A program made the position numbers and the translations under genes. From contig OZ316775.1 of NCBI GenBank assembly GCA_973851085.1, forward strand, positions 17,670,001 through 17,734,000: 64,000 nucleotides of DNA. The letters are read 5' to 3'. This DNA comes from Ptychomitrium polyphyllum. Lineage: Eukaryota. Shown piece by piece: positions 52,041-64,000 of the stretch; the stretch's first letter is position 1; every line of letters begins with the position of its first letter. The notes below the pieces were generated by a model. That model searched no databases. It had not been told where the DNA came from and saw only the letters and a list, made by a program, of their open reading frames with translations.

Positions 52041-55000
52041 CAAAAGTCTTCCAACTATTTGTCAGATGGTGACAAGAGTTGAGGACTTTTTGGAGGTTTG
52101 CCACATGTTTTTGTGTTGAAGCTTACCATTGAGTTGGTTGGTATCAATCACCAATTCAATGCCAAGCATTAGGGGAAGCTGACGAAGGAATTCAACACCA
52201 AAAACCATTGAAAGCAATCAAGGATGGAGCTCACATTGTACCCCGCCTACAGTCTTTTAGTTACTTCTCCACCCGCTTGCTTGATCCTTTGTACTTGCCA
52301 CAATATCGACATGGATGTGTACAAGTGTTGCAGCGACATCACCATGGCGATCTTCTCCAACAACATGTGTGTTTGTTCTAGCTGATTGGAAGGACTCCTT
52401 ATCTGCTAGGGGGGCACTTGAGGGTGTGCTTGTTATGCATTTGGATTTGGTTTTGATTTCATATTTGATGATTGATGCTGGCACTCGATCTGTTGTATGT
52501 GACAATTTTTATTTACACAACAATGATACAATTAACAACATAGCAGTGATTGTCTCATAGTAGAAGAATTACTACCAGGACTAGTATGGTATGGCATTTA
52601 TTGTAATAATTGATCATTTTATAGATGGCATTATATCTATAGCACCTATAAAGCACATTAAGATCAGCAATCTTGTTATTAAAATTGGCAACATTGATTC
52701 ATTTCTTTGAATTTAATATCGTAGTAAGATATTTGGAATTTGTGATACTTAATACCACTTTTGGTGTAAAGATACCTAGCAACAAAGGTTGTTATAAATA
52801 AATGTTGTGGATTTGTTGACATTGTTACATATATAAGCTTTCCAATTGTTTGAAATTGTTACAAATAAAATGTTGTGGATTTGTTTGGCATTATTACACA
52901 TATAAGCTTTCCAAGGCAATTTTTTTTGAAAAGGCTTTTAACTCTTTTATTTTGAATGTACAATAACAAAAGAGAATTATTTTAATCATTTGAGGTGTGT
53001 ATTTTTATACAAAATACTTATTATTTCCTTAATTTCCTTTTCTAAATGATTTTTTTTTTTTTTTTTTTTGTAATGTTACTAGTAATAGAAAGTTGTAGAA
53101 TTAATAAATTGTTGCAAAATGAATAAATAATCACTTATCTAATTATATATAAGTGATTTTAATAGATTTTTTAATTTTTAGACATCCAATTATTTATATA
53201 ATTGTGTACATATTTTCCAAAATATTCATTACAATTGGCATATGTATTTTTAATTATTTTTACATTCTTACATTTTTGTCATTTATATGTATGTATGTAT
53301 GTATGTATGTATAAGAATAAAAATAAGTCTAAAGTAATTGTTATGAACAAAACAACTTTTTGTACTACACTTTGATTTTATGCTCTTAAAACATAAGATA
53401 GAATTAAAGAAGTATTTCCACATTAGCAATGGATGTGCCTTTTATTATCCTTTCAAAAATCTTAATTAAATAAACAAAGAAGAAAATGCAAGAAATATAC
53501 AAAAGTTTTAAGTAACTAATGAAAGTTGGATAAATTACAACAGCTTATATAGATTGGAAGTAATTGATTGTTTTACATATACCTTTTGTGAAGGATAATG
53601 GCAATAATATATTGAAATATAATTGTATATGTATATATTAATTAGTATTTGTATAATGGCAAAATTATTAGGTTTATATAGTTCTTCAAATGTTTTCAAC
53701 AATATATATATATGAAACATTACAAGCATATGCCAAAAATTATACAACTATTGAAATGTATATCATTAAGTAAGAATTGATATTTTTTTTTAAACCTCTA
53801 ATCTATTGTAATACAAATGCAATAATTACTAAATATGAATTTATTCAACTGAATAATTAAATTAGATAAATGTGCTTTTGGAGGATTATTTTGATGTAAT
53901 ATTCTACAAATAAAATAAATAGTGGTTGAAAAGAAGCATTATAATGACATCTTTGTAAGTAAAAAAATATAAATAGAAAAATATTATTTTTAGAAGTTAT
54001 TATTAGATGTTGAAAATTTTACTTATATATAATATGATGATTTATGGACATAAAAATAATACACGGTGTCAAATGTCTAAATTATTTGTATTACAGTGAA
54101 AGCAAGTAGAAGTTGAAAAATTGAAAGGCCAAAAAGTGTGTTACTTGCATTGTTTGTTTGTTTTCCAATAAATAGTTGTATAATTTAATATCTTCTTAAA
54201 CTTATTTATTTTGATTTTTCAAACAAATTAAAATGTATGTTTTAAAAACTTATATTATTTTTTTACTTATATGCATAAAAAGAAAGTATTTTGAAACTAG
54301 TTTTATCAACATACTTAATGATGTTATTTTTAAAGTAATTGATAGGACCATTATAAGGTGTTCAAATCATATTTCAAAGTGTGCTGTAAAATGTGCATGT
54401 TCATTTGAAAGAATTATTAGATAAGGTCCTTATTAGCATCCAACCTTAGCTAAGTCCTTTGCCATTTCATTTTCAACAATATTAGCCTATATATAGACTC
54501 TATTAAGGTTGCAAGGTTTATTTTTTATTATTTTAATATGACAAAATTTGCTAATATAGTTTTTAAAAATAGTTTATACAAAATGAAGAGCATTTAATCT
54601 AAACATTGACAAAATAAAAAAAGTGAGGGCTACTTGTGACAATGTGAATTGATTTGCCAAATAGTCTTATGTATCACATTTTGGAATAGTTTTTAATGTC
54701 AATGTAATAGACATTTAAAGATTTGCAAAACTTATGTTAAATTATTAATTCTATAAAAGTTAGTTAAAAGATTCAAAATTTTAATTCAAATCTTTTTAGG
54801 AAAAATAAAGATTTTTTTATATAATATAAATATTAACTTGACAATGAAGGAAGTAAATTAATGGTTATGGTGGAAGTAGTGGAAATAGTGGAAGTAGTAT
54901 ATATGATAAAATGAAATATAATGGAATAGAATCTTTTGCCTTGCATGACCTTTATACATTGCTATGCTAGGTAAAACTTTGGATGTTTAAATGGTATAAA

Positions 55001-58000
55001 ATTCTATTTTAATAAATTTTATAAGATATTCTATTTGATGGATATTATTAATTTGATTTTTTTAATATTGAATATATATAATATGAACTACAAATGAATC
55101 AAATCTTGGTCATTAAGTTTAAAAGGTTTGTTAAGTTTATAGTATTTGAAAGTTTACACCATATAAAGCAAGTCATCATATGCATGTTTAAAATTTTTAT
55201 AATATAAAGATATGATGCCAATTGTAGATTAAATGAATAAGCATGACAATTGTATATTATTAATATAGCTTAGAATGTATCTTGCTATAGTTTGACAGTA
55301 GAAGAAGGGTGTGCAAATTAAATTCTACTTTATTTATGTATAAAGGCAGTTTCTAGTAAATTAGTTTTTTAATTTCTTGATAAAAGAAAATACAACTTTT
55401 TTATTAAAAGGGTAATGTTGTAGGGAATGTTTAATGAGAGTGTATGATGATAAAAGAGTTGGCAAGGTGGTTTAAAATACATGGAGGAAGAAAGTGTTGA
55501 CAAACAAATTGTTTTAGTTCTTTATTTTTGTAACTCATTTAAATGGCAATGGTGTCTTAGATGTCTAAGAAATGCATTATATATGATATTTGATTAAAAG
55601 ATTTCTTACAGGCATTAAGATAAACCAACGATGTTTGAAGTATAATTATTTGCACCAAGGAACAAAACAAAATCCTGAACTTTTCACCCACTAAAATTGA
55701 ATGAATAATTACTTTTTAAAATGCTAGCAAAGCCATATTTAATGGTAGGTGGTGATGCTAAAGTTTTAGAATAAGTTTAATTAAAATTTTAGAAATATAA
55801 AAAAATAATAAAAATGGTGCTATAAAGTCTTTTGTGAGTTCTAAAGTTTAAGGAAGTCATGACCAGTGGCAAAAACACTCTTTAATTCTTTGCCAATCTT
55901 GAATTAAACAATGTAAGAAATAATAGTGAAATTAATGTAAAATCATGGTATTGATATAGAATTATAGAACAATAGATGTGGAATGTGTAATCTTGACTAC
56001 AATATGTTTTTCTTCTATAAAGGTTTTACTTGTATCACCAAAGAATTAGAATTATGTGATACATGATGTTGGCATATATTCTTCAACAATTCACACCCCA
56101 AAACACACAGCCTCTTAACAAGCTTCTACTGTACAAGCATTGTCCATTAGATGGTGCATGAGTGTGGGATTAGTTCAGGTACGTTCGGAAGAATTCCTTG
56201 CATTTGCACTTCCAGTTGTATTATTGTGGGCACATATTGACATTGACAATTGTGATGCTCAAGCAGGATGAGTTACAGGTGGGACCTTCAATAAATGGAA
56301 GCAATCTTCAGAATTATTTCACCTCAATTTCTGTGTCAATCAGTACAACAGCCTGCTTCTTATCTTTAGATGAATAGTCATTCTAGAACATGGCCTTCCA
56401 GTTTATCACAAATCAACTGTGCATGATTCAAAGTCTGGTGATTAATCACGAATAAACAGATCACAGTAGGATACATACCTTAAGCGAGGGCTGGATTCAA
56501 CATAAGTCTGTCAAATAATTATTTAAATTGGAGAGTACGGTTCAACGCTAAATTTAAAATATTTACAAAATTTTCAACTATTCGTTAATGATTTAAAGCA
56601 GAAACCGTTAATCAAAAATCGCCAAACATGCATGCAATGTCAACTTGAACTAATATCTTTAAGTATCTTCTTCTAAATCGATAAATATCTTTAAATGTTT
56701 TCTGCCAAACCTGACCCTTTACCTATGATAACATGTTAATAAATGAGTCACTGTTCATTTTATTTTTCTACCATTGGCTGCAGTGATATACGATTATATA
56801 GATTTCAGTTTACAAGAAATGCCTATTTCGGGGAAGAAAATCCAATGAAAGGGGAAATGTCATTGCCTGTCATGTCAGGGCGTGCCCAAAGAGGACTCAG
56901 GTCAAGGCCCAACTGTTGCCTTCTCCACCTGATAATAAGGGCAATGCTAAATTATTGTTCAGACAAATTTCCAACCTCTCTCCCTGATTAGCCAAATAAC
57001 TTGAATAGATTTACAGGAATGAAAGTGAAAAAGCTCTTAGTAGTAACCGCCTCCTTCCTGTCCATCTAACCGAGAGAGGTCATTTTTGCCTGAAAGTACT
57101 CCATTTCTCCAAACCCTCCCCTTGCAGAGGTTTACCCTTATTCATCAGTTTCCAATGCAAAAACGATATCGATATAAGTGCATGAACTTATGTACACTCA
57201 TCTACACACATGTCATTCCAGTGCATTTCTGACACTAAATCGATATCCTTTTTGTAACGAAAACCAACGACTAAAGGTAAAACCATCAAAAAAGTGTCGG
57301 ACTAACTAACTGCAAAGGAGCTGAATGAATGTAGTAGTAGACACCACAGATCAGACTCAGAACCCAAAGCATCCACTATCACATGTTCACGTGGTGGAGA
57401 AGATATTGTAACATAGAGCAATTTTAAATTAAGCCGGGGAGTTTTGTGCCCCTCCTCAATATCATAATTTTGAGGACATTCTTCAGATCTAGGAATTGAC
57501 AAATTGATGAACTGATGATATTACAGACGGTGACATAAAGGAGGTTTGAGTGTATGTGACATCGTTAATGAAGTTTCAGTCCACTACTAACATAGTGTCT
57601 GCAATTCAGGTGGTCCGGAGCGAGGTGCCCCTGGCGAAGGGGCCCCAAACGCGCGACCTATGGCCGGAGGGAGGGCTGTGGACGCGGGTTCCGAAGCTGC
57701 GGCACTCACGCTCGTCTGCACACGCTCTGGAGCGCTCTGCAGCTGTCTGGAGTGAGCAGCACCACCGGCACTGCAGTGTCGTCGATTGTAACGCCGCAGG
57801 CTTACAAGCTCTACGAGAACGGTGGTCAGTATCATGGCCATGCCGACGATGATCGGGACGGGGATTCAGTACTAGCCTTTTTGCAGGCACCGAGATTTGA
57901 AGTAAGAAGTGCATCTGAGGTGCATCTAGATGCAATCCGGGTTTTGGAGGCAAGCCTGAAAGCTCTTGCGAACCTGGGAACTAGTACGGTTTTGTTCCTG

Positions 58001-58492
58001 GAGCGCACAATCTGGAGTGCTTTGTGGAGCTTGACCTGGGTGGGAAGCTTATTTGGGTTGTGGTTTCGAACCTTCATTGTACTGGGAAAGCATTTTGACA
58101 CGATTTGGACCGTGGTTGCAGCGTAGTACACCTTAGTTAGCTCTAGAAAGTCTGGGCTTCACGCGCTTGCAGTAGAATACATCTTTGTCTTAGCACTCAT
58201 CTTGGAGGTCTCCTTTGCACACCGGAAGTGAGTCAGTTTGCATGAAAGAGGGGTGAATGAGAGTGAGTTCGGTTTGAGGTTTGGAGCATCGACCACTCAT
58301 TTTGGGTGCATCGGCAGTTTCTATCTTTCTTGGCGGCTGACAATGTAGGTTTTTTTGTGAAGGTTTTCGTGGAAAACTCCGTGGTTGTCATGTTCAAGTG
58401 CACTAGGAGTGCTTGAAACATCTTAAAAGGACGTGATCTCTTCAAGAATTGAGGTTGGAGTTAAGTAGCCTGTTTTAGAAAAGTGAGTGGAG

Positions 58493-61400
58493 ATGGGATT
58501 GGCATACAAGAAGTCGAGGGCGTGTAACTATATATGGTGCATAATAACCATAGCTGTGATAGCGGCTGTCGTTGTGGTTGCTGTGGTGATCATCAAGAAC
58601 AAGAAGAGTTCGTCAAGTGGTGACCAGACCCCAGGTTCCAACTTCGCCGGCAACTACACGGAGTCCTTGCGTCTGGCTCTGACGTTTCTTGATATCCAGA
58701 AATGTAAGCAACTTACTTTCCTTGGTCTTCATTTTTAGTGTTTCCTTCATTGTGGCGCTAGTTTGTTCTGATGGGATTGCTTAGTGAAGCCTTTCATCTC
58801 TGTACCTCTTCCTCTTGAAATGGTAAAGAAAAAGCGAAGACTTTGTCGATAAAGCTGGGTGAGTGCATTGTGTATTGCGCACTCTCTTGCGCTCCCTGTG
58901 GACACGAAATCTATCTGGAGCCTTCTTGTCTAAGCTCTTACGTAGCGACTCGGTGAAGCTTTTGCTATTCCCATTTGTGAGATAGTAAAGATGCATCTGG
59001 ATTTAGAAGAGGAGAAAGTGAGGCGTCTTTTCTCAATTTGTATATTGCTGTTGCGGATATTTAGAACGCATTATTAACTCCAGTAGCTGCATTTATCTTT
59101 GGATGTTCTGTAACACAACAACGCCTATCTACTGTCACTGTATGATTACAGTTTTGTTTGCTTCGGTTTTTGAAAGAAAGATTTCATACTCTGTTTTCGT
59201 TACAGTGATCTTAATCATAAGTTTCTTTTTGGTTTTGCAAAATACACTCAATTTGTGAAGAGATTTTGTGATTAGTGATCTTTGCTCAGCAAGATTCTAC
59301 GACATTGTGCACTTCATTGTAAATTAAAACTTTCGATTGTTGGATGTGGAGCTCTGAAGGTAATTTTACTATCGGTGTTTAGGGACATCTTATATTTTGT
59401 GTTTTTCCTAATAATGTGCAGCGGGAAAGCTACCAGCGAACTTTCCTATATCGTGGAGGGGGAACTCAGGTCTTCTGGATGGGAGTGACGTTGGGGTGGA
59501 TTTGAGTGGTGGCATGTACGATGCAGGTGACAGCATTAAGTTTAGCTTCCCCATGGCCTTCACTGCCACTCTTCTCTCGTGGAGTGTGCTTGAATATGGC
59601 CCCTCCATGGAAAAAGCTGGCCACTTGTCATCCGCAAAAACCTCAATTCGGTGGATTACAGATTACCTCATTAAGGCTCACCCTACTGCAAATGAACTGT
59701 ACTGCCAGGTTTCATAATCTCGTTCAAACCCTTCTTGCTCATGTTCTTTAGACCTTTTAACTGTATTCGGCTAGTCTATATTCCAGATATTTCAACTATG
59801 TATGATGAATATATTCAGAACTGCGGTTCTCAAAATTTCGTTCTTTCAATGCAGGTTGGAGATCCAGCTATTGATCATAAGTGCTGGTTCAGGCCTGAAA
59901 ACGTAAATGCAACGAGGCCCTCTCTGAAGCTTGACCCAACAACACCAGGTTCGGAAGTGGCAGCAGAGGCGGCGGCAGCTATGGCAGCAGCATCCATGGT
60001 GTTTCGTGCTACTGATGCAACTTACGCAGACTTGCTCGTCTCACATGCCAAGCACTTGTTCAACTTTAGTAACACTTATAGAGCGTCGTATAGTGTGTCC
60101 ATCCCTGAGGTTCAAGCTTTTTACAACTCGACTGGCTTTGGAGATGACCTCCTTTGGGGGGCCACTTGGCTGTACTATGCGACGGGGGATAACGCTTACC
60201 TGGCTTTTGTCACTGGAGTAGATGGTACTAACTTTGCACGGTGGGGTGTGTTCCCCTCTTGGTTCAGTTGGGATAACAAACTTGCTGGAGTCCAGGTGGG
60301 TTTGTGATTTTTGATGATGAATTTGTATTTATTGGAAAGAATTGCTCTTCAAAGTTTTGTTTACTAAAAAATTTCGGGATTTTAGTGCAACCGGACTTGC
60401 ATTTTCTCTATGTATCATTAGTTGCACATTGATCTCTACGTGCTGAGGAATGCCTCTTTCTAAATATTGAATATGTGATAGAGCGTATTGCTTTGGAGAC
60501 GTGGTTTTATAAATTATTATTTTACTGATGTGTACCTTTAGTTGCGTGTGAGTTTTGAAGTTTTACTACTTGAAGCATCTTAGTCGTTCAAATTTTCCTG
60601 CATCGTGAGTCTCATGATCTACTTGTGGGGATACAGGTGCTGCTGGCAAGGCTTCAGATGCTGAATCCCCCTTCAAATGCTGTGAATACTGTGAGTAAAG
60701 GCTTGACGGATTACAAATCTACAGCCGATGGACTTATGTGTGCATTTTTGCCTCAGTCGCCATCGGCTACTCCAGATCGCACAAAAGGTGAGTAATCAGT
60801 TTTCAGAAGCATTTTTGCTTGTTGCTTGTCCTGAGCTGTCTTCAGATAATTTTTTCTAGGCACGTGAACACTGCCGTATTTCTGACTCTATGAGAATGAT
60901 ATGATGTGTTGTGGAATGGTAACGAGAATCAAATGGAAACTCATTTGAAATGAGTGGTGATGCAGGTGGGCTGTTATGGATATCTGAATGGACTTCATTG
61001 ATGCAAGGCATCAATTCTGGACTTTTGGCTTCATTTTACAGCGACTACCTAAGCGCTGCCAAGATATCTGGAATCACCTGTTCAGGAACAACCTTTACTC
61101 CTCAGCAGCTGAAAGTTTTTGCAGCTTCTCAGGTATGTTTTCCTTGACATCTTTGATTTATTTTATTTTACTTTATTTGACTGCAAGAGAATCGGTTAGA
61201 AGGAAGATATTTATTTTATTTTTGAGCCTGTGCAACAGTGGGGTGTTTTCTTTTACATGTGCAGATACTGTGATAAAATCTCATACATAGTTCTAATCCC
61301 TCTTGGGATCATGTTGTTTGTGGTTTTTAGGCAAACTATGTGTTGGGCAACAATCCTTTGGCACAAAGCTACATGGTGGGCTACGGCACGAAGTACCCAA

Positions 61401-61678
61401 AGTTTTTGCACCACAGAGGATCATCTATTCCTACCAACCAAGTATACACCGACTGCGGTAAAAGCTGGAATTGGTATGACTCAACCGCTCCAAATCCCAA
61501 CATAGCTTACGGTGCCGTTGTGGGAGGTCCTTTCAAGAACGAGACTTACACCGACGTCCGAACGAACATTCAACAGAATGAGGCGTCTGTTTATAACAGT
61601 GCCGCTTTTGCAGGCCTGTCTGCTGGATTAACTGCGGGTCTATCTGCTAGCAACCCTCTCACTGTTGCGTGGATATAA
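58493..61678 (+). CDS. Membrane-anchored glycoside hydrolase family 9 endo-1,4-beta-glucanase, six exons
   Basis: GT-AG exons 58493-58703, 59422-59708, 59855-60295, 60637-60787, 60966-61132 and 61331-61678. N-terminal TM helix (IIT..AAVVVVAVVII), QKSGKLP..WRG, DLSGGMYDAGD, PGSEVA, FSWDNK, SYMVGYG..HHRGSS and D.R.N...NE. Confidence 0.95.
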
Positions 61679-63607
61679 AATACATCATTTGGAAGTAGAT
61701 CATGTACACAATTAAGACGGGTTGATCTTTTAGTTGCGCTGTTGCAGAATTTGAAGGTTATGGAAGACTAGGAAAGTGTGTTTGTTGCTGACACATTTTT
61801 TTAGAACGACTGGGAGTTGACTTGTTTAAGATATAGTGGGTGCTATAATGCTCACCCCAATTTTCCACGAGCGGACAACATCATTATTTGGTACTCTTAT
61901 CTCATCAAGTTTTTTTAGTTTACACTTCTCATTGTTGCATTTCATTCTCGCTTCTCTAGGCCCGGGAGCTGGTTTATTGACATATGAGGCATGTGGCAAT
62001 TCAACTTATTGAGCAAAGAGATCTGATGTGAATTATGACAATCGTCATTGATCCTTTTTGTCCTTCTGAATGTGACTACTCCTGGTGCCCATTCTCCTTG
62101 TGAGCCCTGTCTCAGTAAAGTGAAAGTGACCACTACAGATTTAGGTACGACAGCTTACGAGTAGCCACCTTTGTTACCGAAAACATGAAGAAATGAAGTT
62201 TTCCTGTGCAATACTGAGTTTTCCCTGACCGAGTTCTGAAGGAAGAAAAACGAAGTAGAAAACGAAGCCAGCTTGTTGACTCGTCGAGGCTCCCCTCTGT
62301 TCCCAATGTGTTCGCCTAGTGCTCCTCTGCGTTTTTCTTGTGGATGGCTGTGTTTCCTTTCATTCTCTATGCGTTTTTCTTGTTTTGTTTGTTTTGTTCT
62401 TGTTTTCTCTGCGTTTTTTGTTTTCGGTAACTATGGTAGCCAATATATACACATGGGGATTCTAGATCACTAGGTGCAGCCGAAACCAAACGAAGCGGGA
62501 TACGTTAGTAATAACTTATCCGACAATGGAGTTCAGGCGAGTGTCATGTGTGCAAAGGTGAACCCAATCAATGCTACACTCTGAAAGTACAAGGATTCAG
62601 AAAATAATGCACGAAAAGCCACCATTACATTATGCAGCTCTGCCAGCATCCACACCGTTGTGACTGGAGCTCCAATTGCCACTGAGTTACCAAGGTCCCT
62701 ACAAGGCAAGTTCAAGCACCGACTGTACTTTCACCTACAGAACTAAAGCCCAGTTAGGGCCAGCACTGAATTCCTCAGTTGAAAATTGGAACGGTACAAC
62801 ACAAGTGTAACAGCGTCGCTTCACACTGACGCAACATCTAATTTGAGGTTCTCAAACTTAGCTTTAAACTTTAGAGCATGCATTCAAGTTGAAAAAAATT
62901 ACTGCCATGCACAATTTCTTGCATAAACTCGCGAATTTCCCACTATACAGAATTTCTTAAACCTCGACAGGGACTGATGTGGCTGATTCGGGGGGAAACC
63001 TTGACTGCGGTTTGCAAGGTGATATTCTTCAGGCTTATGCAGCAATATGAAAGAAGGCAGTTCAAAATGCCTCTAGGGGCTACGTGGTGGATAGCGGCTG
63101 ACTCAGTGAGATGAGTAGTATGAGGAGTGGGTTTTTTGGGCGGACTGTCTTGACGGTCGGCTTTGTTACGAGCCCAACAAGGTAAATCACAGATTTTTTG
63201 CAGAAGGTCAGGAGCACTGCTGCTTGATGCTTTCTGTACTATATCATAATATTTCATAGGCTTAGTTCTGACAATGCGTAAGTTAAATTGAGCTCTCGAT
63301 TGCATAGTACAACCGTTATAACGTCTTGCTCTGGTTTATGATCAGTCTGTAAGTCCAGGCAAGACTCAGTTACAGATTGCCTCATGACTTATGAGTAACA
63401 TTTGCAACTGGTCCACTAAGTGATGGGAGGCAAACATTCAAGGGAAGCAAAGTATGTATCTGGAACAAGTACAACATCTGCTCTCGGTACTGGAATAGCT
63501 GAACAGTTTGGCAAAGACACGGTATGAGTTCCGTGCTCGAAGTTGAACACACAGTGGAATAATTTACAACACCATAACATTCTGCATCCAAAGCTAACGA
63601 TGACTAT

Positions 63608-64000
63608 CTACTCCCCAAAGAGGCCAGTAACAAAGTTAAACACGCTTTCCAACGTACTTCCTGCATCTTCCGACATCTCAATATCAGGCATCTCAAACCC
63701 TGACACATCTGGTATTTGTGGCATTTCACCCCCTTCGAATCCCTCCACAGCTCCAGCAGCCTGATCAAATGCAAATCCCATGGCTGCACTCTGCGCTGGT
63801 TGCACCAGAAAGTTGCCGAAGGCATCTTTAGCATAGTGCTTGCCCACTTGGTGCAGGCCAATGCAAATGGCCAAAATAGCAGTATAGTCCACACCGGGAG
63901 CTATGTCGATGGTAAACTCGGAACCCACTCCCAAGGCAGCATTGAGGATCAAAGCTTGCACGGATTTCGTGAACACTGCAACTCGTTCATCCTTCTCATT
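63608..64000 (-). CDS. 3' end of a LURP-one-related (tubby-like C-terminal fold) protein with acidic tail; the gene continues beyond the window
   Basis: FTIDIAPGVDYTAILAI resembles the LURP-one F.V.V.PGVD.A.I.AL terminal motif. The frame is open to the window edge. Confidence 0.65.
   Translation of the reverse strand, partial: NEKDERVAVFTKSVQALILNAALGVGSEFTIDIAPGVDYTAILAICIGLHQVGKHYAKDAFGNFLVQPAQSAAMGFAFDQAAGAVEGFEGGEMPQIPDVSGFEMPDIEMSEDAGSTLESVFNFVTGLFGE

Larger units (their letters stand above)
43300..52082 (+). mobile_element. Degenerate Ty3/Gypsy retrotransposon with gag-PR-DNA methyltransferase-RT-RH-INT-PHD
   Basis: Zinc knuckles at ~44193 (CWRCGEAGH..C) and ~44334. Protease VIMDFGA at 45221 and YDILIG at ~45455. 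C5-MTase motifs at 45902-46790. RT LPFGLKNAP and YIDD at 48996. RNase H at 49420-49790. Integrase HHCC at ~50165-50282 with core to ~51650. PHD at 51906-52040. The 5' boundary is approximate. Confidence 0.9.

Noticed and set aside
53050..53311. Poly-T run and (TATG)n tract
   Set aside because: Ordinary simple repeats. No TSD or body supports a retroposed poly-A tail.
52560..56500. Possible Helitron/PIF1 helicase traces (AFGG-like at ~53875, FINILN at ~54300) in very AT-rich DNA
   Set aside because: The motifs are too short and degraded to distinguish from chance without a profile search.
57550..58131. GC-rich overlapping ORFs upstream of the GH9 gene
   Set aside because: Non-ATG starts and no recognisable domain. 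Most likely promoter/5' UTR sequence.

Overview
Eukaryotic, AT-rich land-plant genomic DNA. A moss such as Physcomitrium is my inference from the repeat types and gene style; it is not proven. Positions 1.5-26.3 kb are a nest of degenerate Ty3/Gypsy chromovirus LTR retrotransposons and solo LTRs. They have been reorganised into a near-perfect inverted duplication with ~7.7 kb arms (1512-9251 / 14952-22689) around a 5.7 kb spacer. Positions 34-40 kb are a small gene island: an F-box pseudogene, an ascorbate-oxidase pseudogene and an intronless mitochondrial phosphate carrier. Positions ~43.3-52.1 kb hold the most unusual object, a decayed Gypsy polyprotein with the order gag - protease - DNMT3-like cytosine-5 DNA methyltransferase - RT - RNase H - integrase - PHD finger, interrupted by two solo LTRs with clean 5-bp TSDs. 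The right end carries a six-exon membrane-anchored GH9 endoglucanase and the 3' end of a LURP-one-like gene. All alignments and translations were done by eye and no database searches were run.
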